Notes under the pieces: generated by a model | What the model was told of the DNA's origin: nothing | What the model saw: the letters and a program-made list of their open reading frames with translations, nothing else | Databases searched by the model: none | Assembly: GCA_951406725.2 (NCBI GenBank) | Contig: OX597815.1 | Location: forward strand, 90,954,001-91,018,000 | From: Octopus vulgaris | Lineage: Eukaryota | Length of the DNA stretch: 64,000 nt | Direction: 5' to 3' | Translations under genes and position numbers: made by a program | Part shown: positions 22,670-34,811 of the stretch, in pieces | Numbering within the stretch: position 1 is the stretch's first letter | Layout of the letters: every line of letters begins with the position of its first letter

Positions 22670-24245
22670 TTTCTCTTTATCACCGGTTTTGAAGCCAATA
22701 TTTTTCTCACTCGCCGCAGGTACTCTCTTTTTGTATTTTCCTTCATGTTGTGGTGTTTGATTCTATCTACCTCAAGTATTCCCAGGTATTGAGAATTGAG
22801 GTTGAATTGTCTTCCTCATTTCACCACTTGGCAACCATATGCCTTCTGTCCTGACAAGCTTTCCTCGTCTCATCCCAATTGTAGCACATTTTGAGAGTCC
22901 AAACTCCATCTTGATATCATCGAAGAAAATCTGCATAAACTGAACTAGGCTGTCCAGTTCTGCCTCAGTGTTTGTGAATAGTTTCAGATTGTCCATGGAT
23001 AACAAGTAGTTTAGTTTCCCTTACCTCTTCTCAGATCATACCCCAACTTTGTTTTCTATAGTATTTCACTCAAGGAGATTATTCCCAGCACGAATATCAG
23101 TGGGGATATACTCTCCCCTTGGAAGATTCCTCTCTTGATTTTCACCTCTCCTAATACTTGCTCCCGTGTTGTCAATTCCGTTCTCCAGTATTTCATGCTA
23201 TTCCATATAAGGCTTCTCATATACTCTGCTACTCCATACATTTCCATTGTTCTTATTATCCATGAGTATGGTATATTTCTCCATCTTTTCCAGCTCTTTT
23301 CACCTACGCGAACATCCCCAGTTATGGCCATATCTATGATTTTAGTTTCCTTTTTTCCTTTATCTAGCACAAAAATGTCTCGTCTCGGAGCATCAACAAG
23401 GAAATCACATTGGATTGTCTCACAAGATCTTATATTCATTGTTCCCAGCGACACCTTCTGGTTCATATTTGAACCACTTTTATCTCTTCCCAGAACGTAC
23501 TTTCACACTGTCCCCAGTTAACAAACTTAGCCACGTTATCATACCTCCTTTTATATTGCATTTGAACCTGCTTGCTACACTCACAACATGCTAGGCTGTT
23601 TGGTTTTTTTCTACCACACATCTTGCAAGGGGGCGATTCACTGCTCTTATTTCTTTGGAACTTGATATAACTGGCGCTGTATGTCAATGCTTCAGTGCAT
23701 CCTTTCAGGTCACCTTTCCTAAGCCACCACCAAGTGTGGTATTGCCTATGCATTGTTTTCATTTACCAGTTGGTTATTCTTTGTTTTTCATCTTTCTTAA
23801 ATGTTTTTGAGTATGTCACATTTTCAGTAGGTATCGTGTTGCTCTTTCTAGCAGCGGCAAGCAAGGGTTCACTCTGCTATTTGATGTACCAACCCAGATT
23901 ATTCATCTCGTGGACAACACAGATCTTGCATCCTATGAGGCCTCTTCCTCCCTCTGTCCTAGGCATATAGAGTCTATCGATATAGTCTCCTTGCTGATTG
24001 TCATCACTTTCCTGGTTTTCCTATCCATTTCCTCTAGCTCGTTCTTTGTCCACCTAACAACACCAACGACGTATCGCATTAAAGAAACGGACCGTGCAGT
24101 CATTGCCCTAATCTTTTTATTTCCATTGAGTCTACTTCGTATGATTACTCTCGTTATTCGTTGATATGCTCGCCTTAAGCTTTCCTTTATCTATTTCCTT
24201 CATTTTGTCATACTCCAAAATACCCAGATATTTATAACCATCAAT
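22670..24245 (-). mobile_element. Decayed R4/Dong-type retrotransposon fragments in permuted order
   Basis: The order is GYKYLGILE (~24230), WWWLRKGDLK, CKMC, YKRRYDNVA, RRDIFVLDK..IIDMAI..EKMEKY (~23275). It then returns to RT: PYSWI..IKRGIFQGESISPLIF..MDNLKLF..MEFGLSKCA..EYLRRVRKIL. Confidence 0.85.
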
Positions 24246-24289
24246 CACAGCACTCTTTCTCGCCATTGAGTTGTAGTTCCGCACCATCA

Positions 24290-24500
24290 TGCTCAACTGA
24301 TTAAGATCAAGCAACTGACCAGCAAATCTGTGGTATTGAGTAGAATATTTGTTGTAGCCCAAATTTTAAACCAAGACAAAATGTACATGACAACACTTCC
24401 AATTAATTAAGATCAAAAACCATGAGAGCCACTGTTGGTACTGCATCAGAGTATTTCTTGATGCAGTACCAGACAGTGGCTCTCATGGCTTTTAACCTTA
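24290..24500. mobile_element. End fragment of the 1817-2278 repeat family, with terminal inverted duplication
   Basis: Matches 2180-2278. Inverted arms at 24420-24448 and 24459-24488. Confidence 0.7.
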
Positions 24501-24762
24501 TACTTATTCTTATCATCATCATCACCACCATCATCATCATCGTATTTCAATTCTCAGAGCTCCGGGTTTCAATTGTTCTGTCTCCGAGCATCGATTAGGG
24601 AATCACATCGAATTGTAAAATCTCACCGAATTTTATATTCATTGTTCTCAGTGACGGCCACTGGTTCATGTTTGTACCATTTTTGTACTTTTCCGTACTT
24701 TTCACACAGTCCCCAGCGAATTATTATTGTTATTATTATTGTTGATGTTGTTATTATTATTA

Positions 24763-25345
24763 CAGCGGCGAGCTGGCAGAAACGTTGGCACGCCGGACGA
24801 AATGCTTAACAGTCTGCCGCTACGTTATGAGTTCAAATTCCGCCAAGGTTGACTTTGCCTTTCATCCTTTCGGGGCCGATAAATTAAGTACCAGTTACGC
24901 ACTGGGGTCGATGCAATCGACTTAATACGTTTGTCTGTCCTTGTTTGTCTCCTCTGTGTTTAGCCCCGTGTGGGTAGTAAAGAAATAGGTATTTAGTCTG
25001 CCGTTACGTTCTGAGTTCAAATTCCGCCAAGGTTGACTTTGCCTTTGATCCTTTCGGGGTCGATTAAATAAGTACCCGTTACGCACTGGGGTCGATGTAA
25101 TCAACTTAATCCGTTTGTCTGTCCTTGTTTGTCCTCTCTGTGTTTAGCCACTTGTGGATAATAAAGAAATAGGTATATCTTCTGTCGCTATGTTCTGAGT
25201 CCGAATTCCGCCGAGGTCGACTTTGCCGTTTATCATCAAGGTCGATAAATTAGGTACCAGTTGAGTACTGGGGTTGATGTGATAGACTAATCCCTCCCAC
25301 CAAATTTGAGGTCTTGTGCTTCCAGTAGAAAAGACTATTATTATT
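24763..25345 (+). mobile_element. SINE family A trimer (two Tx1-tailed units plus one ATT-type unit)
   Basis: Junctions AAAGAAATA|GGTAT at 24987/24988 and 25171/25172. Confidence 0.9.
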
Positions 25346-25413
25346 ATCATTATTATTATTATTGTTGTTGTTGTTGTTGTTGTTGTTTTTGTTGTTGTTG
25401 TTGTTGCTACTGT

Positions 25414-25626
25414 TAAGGGGGCCAGCTGGCAGAATCGTTAGTGCGCCGGAAGAAATGCTTCGTGGTATTTCGCCTGTCGCTGCGTTCTGAGTCCAAATTC
25501 CACCGAGGTCGACTTTACTTTTCATCTCTTCGGGATCGATAAATTAAGTACCAGTTGAACACTGAGGTCGATGTAATTGACTCACTCCTCTCCCAAAATT
25601 GCTGCCCTTGTGAAAAAATTTAAAGC

Positions 25627-25660
<34 letters not shown>

Positions 25661-25702
25661 ATTATTATTATTATTATTATTATTATCATCATCATCATCA
25701 TC
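25414..25702 (+). mobile_element. SINE family A with (ATT)n tail
   Basis: Head, core and tail are all present. Confidence 0.88.
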
Positions 25703-25879
25703 AATCGTTTAACTCAGGCTTTGCTGGAACTCTTAGAGTCTTGCTTGCATAGCAGGTTTGCTATCTGCTGTCTACGATATCAAGCTGTTTGTTTTTGTCA
25801 ACTGTCTAATACCTTCCTGATGGCTCTGGCCATACCAAGGAGGAGAACTTTTCGTAAGAACACTACTAAGCACATTACT

Positions 25880-25905
25880 GTTGTTATTATTATTATTATT
25901 ATTAT

Positions 25906-25990
<85 letters not shown>

Positions 25991-26017
25991 GGTGGTGGTA
26001 GTAGTAGTAGTAGTAGT
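25880..26017. repeat. Compound (ATT)n-(AGT)n-(GGT)n microsatellite
   Basis: Read directly from the sequence. Confidence 0.95.
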
Positions 26018-26664
26018 GTTATTCAAAATCTACTGAGATCGACTTAACCTTTCATCTAATCGAAATCGATAAAATAAATACCGGTTGTGCTCTAGGGTGG
26101 ATGCAATCGACCAATCCCACGCCACCCCGAATATCAGACCTTGTGCCTATCGTAGAAAGGGTGATTATTATTGGTGTTCTTATCATTATTGTTTTTGTTG
26201 TTGTTTTCGTTGTTGCTGCTGCTGCTGTTGCTATTATAAATTAATGCCTGCTTGCTGCCTCATGTAAAAAAAGTGAAAACATGCTAAGTAGTGGATGGTG
26301 TGACTGTTGTTTGAGTGTCGATGATGATGATGAGAAGGAGGAGGAGGAAGATGGAGAGGCTGTTTATAATAAAAATAGCTATCAACTTTATTTTGTTTGC
26401 GAGAATGAACGAAATGTATCACAACGACAAAAACAGAAAAATAAAGGTGAATGATATAGAAAAAAAATATTTGTTTATTAAGAATTACAAGTAAAATGAT
26501 TTTATAAATATTGTTAGACATAAAAAAATCCCCCAAAGTGGATAGTCACACAGGCCATTCAGTCGGTACACAACACATAATCCAGATTGTCGTAAACACG
26601 AAAACAAGTTTCTCTTAAACTGTTGTCAATCTACACTCAAAGTCGGTAACAGTACAAAAATAAA

Positions 26665-26890
26665 CTAGCCACTGCGACTATGCTAAGCTGTTAGAAAGAG
26701 CAGACAAATCTCCCTTAAATTGTACCATCCTGTCTTGAGAAAAAAAATAGGAAGATTATACTGGATAATGTAGTTCTAGATACAAGATGCCTAAACGAAA
26801 ATACATAAATGAATAATAAGATGAACATAGCTTTAATGGGTTTTTGCTCAGAGCTCTGCTCGTCTGGTTTGACATGGGATTAAACAAGGA
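26665..26890 (+). repeat. Old interspersed repeat (family D)
   Basis: Motifs TAGAAA(T/G)AGCAG..AAATCTCCCT..GGATAATGTAG..TGAC(A/C)TGGG..TAAA. Other diverged copies at ~45540-45700, 55430-55610, 57010-57200, 58250-58400 (-) and 61550-61720. Confidence 0.55.
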
Positions 26891-27671
26891 ACTGTCACCC
26901 AACTTTCATAAAATTTAGTGCAGGTCAAGCCTTCCTCTCTCGCCTTCACTGTATGCCAGAAGACAATGATGTTTCCGTTCGAAAGGAAAAGACCTGGCCC
27001 CCAACTCTTTCGGCTTTTCCCTTCTGTACAATATTACGTCGTTTCTATAATATAATTAAAGAATCATATGACGACCTTATTTTATTTTCTTCAGATACTC
27101 CCACCAAATATTGATTTTTGTCCATCCATTGATTTATTTCACTGCTTGTTGAAATAGTAGTCAGATCAGAAGCATTTTTTTCTTTTTCTTTTTCTTTTAC
27201 TATATTTCTTCATTCATGGTATGGCGAGTTCGTTAGTATTACAAGAACAAATCATATGGAATAATGGTTATGAAACAAGATTAAAAGAACACAGGGTAAC
27301 TTTAAGAGGAATTAAACAATAAAAAAAGAAATAATTTACTTTAATGTTTCTTTCATATGATCTGCTGTACTATCTATATCTAAAGCACACTCAAATACTT
27401 ACTCATACACGTTAATACACTTTTGTACGTATACATATATCAATACTAACATGAGCGTATCGTGCTATCTATATCTAAAGCACATCCACACCCTCGCACA
27501 TGCGTCAATACGTATAGAGAGGTATATATACATGAATACAAACACGTGTATATCATTATTCGTGAACATGTGATTTGTGTATAGCTGCGTGAACACATAC
27601 ATAAATTCATACAAATGTGCATATGCATATATATATATATATATACACTCATATATATGTATATATGTTTT

Positions 27672-27721
<50 letters not shown>

Positions 27722-27814
27722 GATAGGTAGGTAGGTAGGTAGATAGGTAGGTAGGTATGTAGGTAGGTAGGTAGGTAGGTAGGTAGGTAGGTATGTAGGT
27801 AGGTAGGTAGGTAG

Positions 27815-27876
<62 letters not shown>

Positions 27877-27920
27877 CAGATAGATAGGTAGGTAGGTAGG
27901 TAGGTAGGTAGATAGATAGA
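27672..27920. repeat. Alternating (GATA)n/(GGTA)n tetranucleotide array
   Basis: Read directly from the sequence. Confidence 0.96.
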
Positions 27921-27925
27921 TATAC

Positions 27926-27956
<31 letters not shown>

Positions 27957-28667
27957 ATTACACATACATGCACACATACACATACACCCACAAACATGCA
28001 TATTTACCTAACAGAGACTATCTGAGACATGTTTCTGATTCGTATATAGGTATCTCCGTACGCATACACAGATATACCTAAGCTGCATCAGACTATCAAA
28101 GACATTTTGTGTGTGTGTGTATGTGTGTGTGTGTGTGTGTGTGCGTGTGTGTGTGCGTGCGTGTTGGTAGAGAATATAGATATGATATTGATTCGTATTT
28201 TAGTTAGACTGAATATTCCTCCAAAGTACAAAGCTGGTTAACCAGTACAACAATATTTTTAACTCCATAGAAATATCAAGTGAATAATTGGATTTTCCCT
28301 TTTGAAGCACAGCAGCCATCCTTGAATGCAATTCTGAGTGTACGTTACAGTCTATTCTGCGATCTATCTCTAGAACATCAAAATATATCCCATTGCCTTG
28401 TACAGTTAATTAAACTCGGTGGAAATTTTGAAAAGTGATTAAAGAAGTTTTCTTTCTTCTCAGGTTTTACAATATTTTGCTAAAGTTATGTTGAGATGAC
28501 TGAGACAGGAAGAAGTGTAACTGCATGTATTTGCAGTACGAAAATATTTTGTTGTTTTACCGTTCATTCCGTTTTCAGTCTTTCGAAATCAGTAAATATC
28601 AGTGATCAGATAAAATTATGTATTTTGCTGTGTATTCTTGTTAACATTCTAACACACGTGTTCTTTA

Positions 28668-28710
<43 letters not shown>

Positions 28711-28729
28711 CATTATTATTGTTATTATC

Positions 28730-28788
<59 letters not shown>
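28668..28788. repeat. (ATT)n microsatellite
   Basis: Read directly from the sequence. Confidence 0.96.
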
Positions 28789-28789
<1 letters not shown>

Positions 28790-29360
28790 TTGTACTTGCT
28801 TAAAATATTTATACCAATACATAGTTATAACCATTGGAGATATTTTCCATCGAATTATTCTCAATATATTCTTAGCACAACAGGCAAAATTCTTAGCGGT
28901 ATTTCGTCCGTCTTTACGTTCTGAATTGATTTTCCGAGGATGTTGACTTTGCTTTTCATCCTTTCGAAGGTCGATCAAATAAGTACCAGTTTAACACTGG
29001 GGTTGATGCAATTTCAATTATTTCAATTAACGCTTACAATATATTCTTAGGTAGGTCAAACAACTTTCTAAAAAAACAGTAAGGGCTTTGCTTGATCAAA
29101 ACAGTACTATCAGTATTCCAGTATTCATTTAAAATATTGAAGGATTCTCGATATATCTGAACTCAAGGTCGTAGAAACAGCAAACATCTGTTGAGCTGGT
29201 ACATGAATTTATCTCGATTATAAGCAGCAAAGAAAAAGATACCGAAATTGAGTCGTCGGCTTAACATGAATGCCGGTAAGTTATACCATTATACCACGTG
29301 TTAACTTCACTCTTTTGCGCTTTTAAGCGGAGTTCCCGGTTTGAAGATAACTCTCCCTTC

Positions 29361-29778
29361 GGATCTTTTCGGTTTGAACGGCAGTTTTTTACATAATTTC
29401 TAGGTAACTAAAAAATTTTAAACTTCGTATACTGGTAGAATGTGTTTATAAAACATCTTTTTCTCTTGGCTTTATTGAGAAAATTCTATAGTTTGTAAGA
29501 TATTTGGTGTTATTTTTTCTTCAATTTCTGCAATTTCAACCAATCACTGACCTCTATTGAAGTAAAAAAAAATCTGTGCCGTATGAATATGTCCTTCGTT
29601 TAAGAAACAGATTGGGTTTATTTACATTTGTGAAGAAAAAAAGATACCCTTCCCCCCACCCCTAATCCTAGCCCTAAAACAGATTGAAATGCAATAGATC
29701 GATACTAGAATCATAATTATGGGTGACAATTTCATATGACACCGCTAGAAAAAACTGCCGTTCAAACCGAAAAGATCC
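29361..29778. mobile_element. MITE, 418 bp, with perfect 30-bp TIRs and 8-bp TSD (Merlin-like or hAT)
   Basis: TIR GGATCTTTTCGGTTTGAACGGCAGTTTTTT at 29361-29390 and its reverse complement at 29749-29778. TSD CTCCCTTC at 29353-29360 and 29779-29786. Confidence 0.93.
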
Positions 29779-30466
29779 CTCCCTTCGTCACCCAATCCCA
29801 GAAGTATGCGATGGCCATAGGTAATGCACTTCATCCTCTGAGTCATGAAAAAATCTAATAACTACTGACAAGTTGTTCACTAAATAGTAAATAAAATATA
29901 ATGGATTGGAACTAGAAAGTAACAGCATGTAGATTTAAAAGCCATAGTTAGAGATTCAATAAAACGGCAATTGTAACCAATGAATCTATAACAGATTGGC
30001 TTTATAGTACTTCTTACATAAGGAAAAAAATGTGCATGTGTAATGAAATGAATGGGTATCGCCGGCTCACTAGATTGCAGTTCAAGTCTGGTATTTACTC
30101 TAACTATTCCTAGTGAAATGAAAGATAAAACTAATCCTGACGAGATTTTGATCTCAAAATAATAGTAGTCAAATTCAAATGAATAATAAATGTTAAATTT
30201 AACACCTAAAAACTGAAATATTGCAAAAGATAATATATAATAACGTGTCACGCGATTCTAAGCTCAATGCCTCTTATTACTCAATATGACAAACATTAAA
30301 ATAACATCCTTGTGGTTATTTACCGTAATAATATGTAGTGATTAGCATAATCGGCAAAACATAGCATGTCAGCATTTAGTTTAAGTTCCGTCGTTTCGTT
30401 TGGCGATCAAAATCCTTCTAACGACGATAAATTAAGTACTAATCAGCTATACCGCTCCCTTAAATA

Positions 30467-30885
30467 TATATTTCTGTACAACCCACAAGGGGCTAAAAAC
30501 AGAGGGGACAAACAAGGACAGACAAACGGATTAAATCGATTACATCGACCCCAGTGCGTAACTGGTACATAATTTATCGACCCCGAAAGGATGAAAGGCA
30601 AAGTCGGCCTCGGCGGAATTTGAACTCAGCACGCAGCGGCGGACAAAATACCTATTTCTTTACTACCCACAAGGGGCTAAATACAGAGAGGACAAACAAG
30701 GACAGACAAACGGATTAAGTCGATTACATCGACCCCAGTGCGTAACTGGTCCATAATTTATCGACCCCGAAAGGATGAAAGGCAAAGTCGACCTCGGCGA
30801 AATTTGAACTCAGAACGTAACGGCAGACGAAATACGGCTACGCATTTCGCCCGACGTGCTAACGTTTCTGCCAGCTCGCCGTCTT
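30467..30885 (-). mobile_element. SINE family A dimer (two Tx1-tailed units) with 14-bp TSD
   Basis: TSD CGCTCCCTTAAATA at 30453-30466 and 30886-30899. Internal junction at 30652/30653. Confidence 0.92.
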
Positions 30886-32159
30886 CGCTCCCTTAAATAA
30901 ATGTGACCTTGTATCAATGGAAGAGATTTTAATTTAAATGTGGTGGGTGGCAGAATTAGCAGTGAGACAGAGAAACTGAGTTACCAGTTACACCGCTGTA
31001 CATTACGAGTTCAAGTGCCAAAATTTGTCTTTTGCCAATCAGGTGGGGATAACATATATACTGTCTCATTGCTTTGACAAAATCAGAAATCAATATTGCA
31101 CTGTTGTTATTGCGCTATAAACTTTTTTTATTAATAGATCTATAACAGAGATCTATAAGTTGGTGACTAAGCGAATGAATACTCTGATAACTGACTCAGA
31201 AATAGAAAGACTGTATTTCTGAATATCTGGACGGAAATTCTTATTCCGCTATTAAAGCTGTTGTCGTAATGATGGTTGTGGAACTTTGCTGTTTTTTATG
31301 ACACTTGGCAGACTAAATGTTGTCGGCGTTCTTGTTAAGGTACTAGGTACTCTTATTGTTGTTGAGGGTATTAGTAATACAGTTGAGTATTGAAATCCTT
31401 GGTACTACAGTTGCTGGATATTTAGAGGTTGTAGTTCTCGTTATTTGAGGTGTTTGATAATGTTGATATATTCTATGAAATGGAGGATTACAGATAAGAT
31501 CCTCTCTACTTAAAGCATAAGACCTGAAAGCTTGAGGACAGAAGTTGAACTATTATACATACCCCACTACTTAACAGGTTCTTATTTTATCGACCAGTAT
31601 GGAGGAGGAACGCATCAGGCATGCTCACTATATGTCCGAGCCACACATACACACACACATACACACAATCACAATAATACATCTGTAAGAGTTAGCACTT
31701 CCTTCTCTAAGCCTAGATTCGAACTGGAACATGGTTGAGTATGCTCCGTGTGGTCAGAGGTTTAGTCTTCTTTTTCTATTAATTAGACGGTGTATGTGGC
31801 TGGCTACTGATGTAGAATTGCTATGCTCTTTATATTTAAACGAGTTTAAATGTGAACAATATCTCTGTTTAAAATTAGTGGTTGATCCAACATAGGAGCT
31901 ATTGGAGTAATTTAATATGTTGTGAACTGTGCATTGGTATACTATATTGAATCTTCTGCATTGGGCTTGCAGCGCTCAGTCGGTTCCAAATCTGCAGTTG
32001 CAGCCATCTGTTCTAGGATGGTTAATTGGAGTGAGAGATGAGGTAGTTCTAATAGCCGACGACTGTGCGTGTGTGTGTGCGTATCTGTGTGTGTGTACAT
32101 GCACACATTATGTGGGCGATATTTTTCATACGAGACGTTCCAATTGTATCTGATCCTTC

Positions 32160-32940
32160 AAGTACTTCTCCCTAGTGTCATCCAGAGATCTTGGAGTAAT
32201 TATTGATAACAATCTAAGCTGGAGTTCCCACGCAAACAGCAAGGTTAACTTGACCCGCAAGATGTGCTCCTGGAATCTGAGAACTTTCCGATCTAGAGAT
32301 ATCTACACCACCATCCTTCTCTACTTTTGCCCGATCCCACCTTGAATACTGTTGCCCAGTGTGCACCCCCGCCCCATACGAAGCAAGTCATAATGAAAGT
32401 AGGAAAACTCCAGAGGTCAATAACAAGAAAGATAGACGGTATGAGAGGCATTGATTATTGGGGTCGACAAAAAAAATTCAATTTCTATTCTCTCCAATGC
32501 TGCCGGAAGCGTTACATCATTTGTGTTATGTGGAAAATATTCCATCAATATTGCAAAAATAATGTTGGCATCAGTTTTAAAATCCATCCAAGGCTTGGTC
32601 CCCGTGCTATATCCGCCCACTACAAAAATCGAACACGGCACACATTGTAACATTACGTCACAATTACTTTACCTCCATCGATCCAGCTCTTTTTAATACC
32701 ATACCAAAATTTGTCAAAACGGAAACGGATCCCATATAATTCAAATGTTCACTGGACAAATTTCTTCAAAACATCCTGGGCCAACTTCCTACACCCAGAT
32801 ATGTTTCCAACAATAATAACTCTTTGCTAGAGTGGGCTATGATGCTCCATATATAACTAAAAGACTTCACCGGGTGGTGCTATATAGTTAGACATGGCCT
32901 GGGCCTATACTGACCGAAACATATCAAAGTTAAAGTTACA
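32160..32940 (+). mobile_element. CR1-group LINE 3' fragment, decayed
   Basis: RDLGVIIDNNLSWSSH; RSHLEYCCPV; LQRSITRKIDGMRGIDYW; YSLQ..RYII..WKI; FKCSLDKFL; NNSLLEW. Short tandem tail AAAGTTAAAGTT. Confidence 0.85.
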
Positions 32941-33074
32941 TATGTTTACTAGATTGCTGACATTTATTAATGGGTTTTTCTCATTGTGATATGCCAATTT
33001 CTGTCATTAATAGAACTGTCGGCATTTATGATACGGGTATGCTGGTGACATAATGACATTCACTACCAGCTAGC

Positions 33075-33297
33075 ACGCGGTGAGCTGGCAGAATCGTTAC
33101 TGCACTGGACAAAATACGTAGCGGCATTTCTGCCGATTTTACGTTCTGAGTTTAAATGCCACCGAGGTCGACTTTTCTGAGCGTATATCTGGTGTCTATA
33201 AAAATAAGTACTGGTTGATAACTGGGGGTCGATGTAAATCGACTTAACCCCTTCTCAAAATCGCTGACCGGGTACCAAAATTTGAAACCAATATATT
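33075..33297 (+). mobile_element. SINE family A, diverged
   Basis: GGTGAGCTGGCAGAATCGTTAC head, core and tail. Confidence 0.8.
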
Positions 33298-33946
33298 AGC
33301 TAGCTACTCGCAATTCGCTTTTGATATATGTAATAAAATTTTCGGAGATATTAATATTTTGGAATTACAATTATACTACCTCATACTTTAGACATTTTAA
33401 TGATTCCACTTTGTAAAATTTTCCAGAAACACTTTCTTTTTCTTCTTTTCTTCTGTTTTGTAAAATCAGGCTACACGGGTATTGCTTAGCTATAGCAACA
33501 AAGAATAAGTGCGTGAACATTTTCCCTAAATGCATCAGCACCACATAATCATTAGCATAATTTGGAATGAGTTATCTTCGTTAATGTTTTTCTGTTGTCA
33601 TTTACCGTTTGCCTTACGGAAAACTCTGAAGTGTACCATGGAGTCGATTCTCATCCGACTGATCTCGCCGAATTGTTGTTTAATTACACTTATTTTATAT
33701 CGCAGTTCTTGAACAATAGACTCTTTGATTGCGAGTAACCAACAGATCAATCCTTGGTTCACTGCATTTATGACAGCGAGAATGACATAGTGATGTCTGT
33801 ATGTCAATGTAGAACAAAGATCATACGAGACCGTGTTTGATAAGTTCCATGGTTTTCTGCTTTCTCCGTCGTATATACATCCTCCTCTGACACACATCGA
33901 CGAAAGATACACCTACCTCTCTACCTAACTATACACACACACACAT

Positions 33947-33981
<35 letters not shown>

Positions 33982-34179
33982 CAAATATACATCATGTGTT
34001 GGTGTGTGTGCGCGCGCGCCAGTGTGCGCATTTGTGAGTGTTTTGTGTGAGAATGGTGCTGTACTGGTAGAACAACTAAAGCGTAAGAAATAATACCTTA
34101 TAATATTAGTTCCGACTCTTTACACGCTCAAGGTAAGTCTCACCAAGGGCAGCTTATCATCTTCGCTTGAAGTAACCGG

Positions 34180-34700
34180 AGACATTTTCGCACGTGGCGT
34201 GTATATGTGAATGGTGGTAAACATAGTAGAACGGAAGATGATAGTAATAGAAGTGGAAAAGAGGTTTAGTTTATTTGAAGTGTAAATGGGGTTGGGAATT
34301 GGTCAAGGATGCGTGTATAGTCTAAAACTAAATTATGCAAAGATTTAAAGCTTGTCAAATATTCGCTCTCTACCGGAAATAGCAGTATGCGGTTGATTGT
34401 GAGCACGTAGATGTATTATAGATGTATTTGAAGGAATGAGAGAGAAAAATTTGAACCAGAGTAACTAGAAGTTTATTATTGATGTCCCAGTGACAGTGAT
34501 GAGTGATCGGGACAGAGGAATCTACATGTTTGCAGTTACTATCTTTCAAACTGAAGTTTATGACAAGAAAGTAATCTGGGCACATGAGAGAGACTATGGT
34601 AAGGACTGGATTATTTGTATTAATTGTGTCTTCGGCGGGAACGTGATGTAGGGTTTACGAGTAAAAGCTGGGGAGTGAAGTCTAGTTGGGGTTCGATTTC
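34180..34700 (+). mobile_element. Possible highly decayed LINE RT remnant
   Basis: Weak motifs LFEV*MGLGIGQGCV (~34270-34316) and YAVD (~34386). Confidence 0.3.
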
Positions 34701-34811
34701 ACGAAGTTTGGCGAAGAAGAGGTAAATTATTCAGCAACTTTTAAAATTTTAGTACATTAGGAAGCATCACGGTGTGACATGAGGTAATTTCCTGCGTGTG
34801 GTTTGAATATT

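Noticed and set aside
31130-31460. Thr-rich mucin-like frames (also 44640-44940)
   Set aside because: Broken by frameshifts and stops; better explained as decayed (ACA)n-type repeats.
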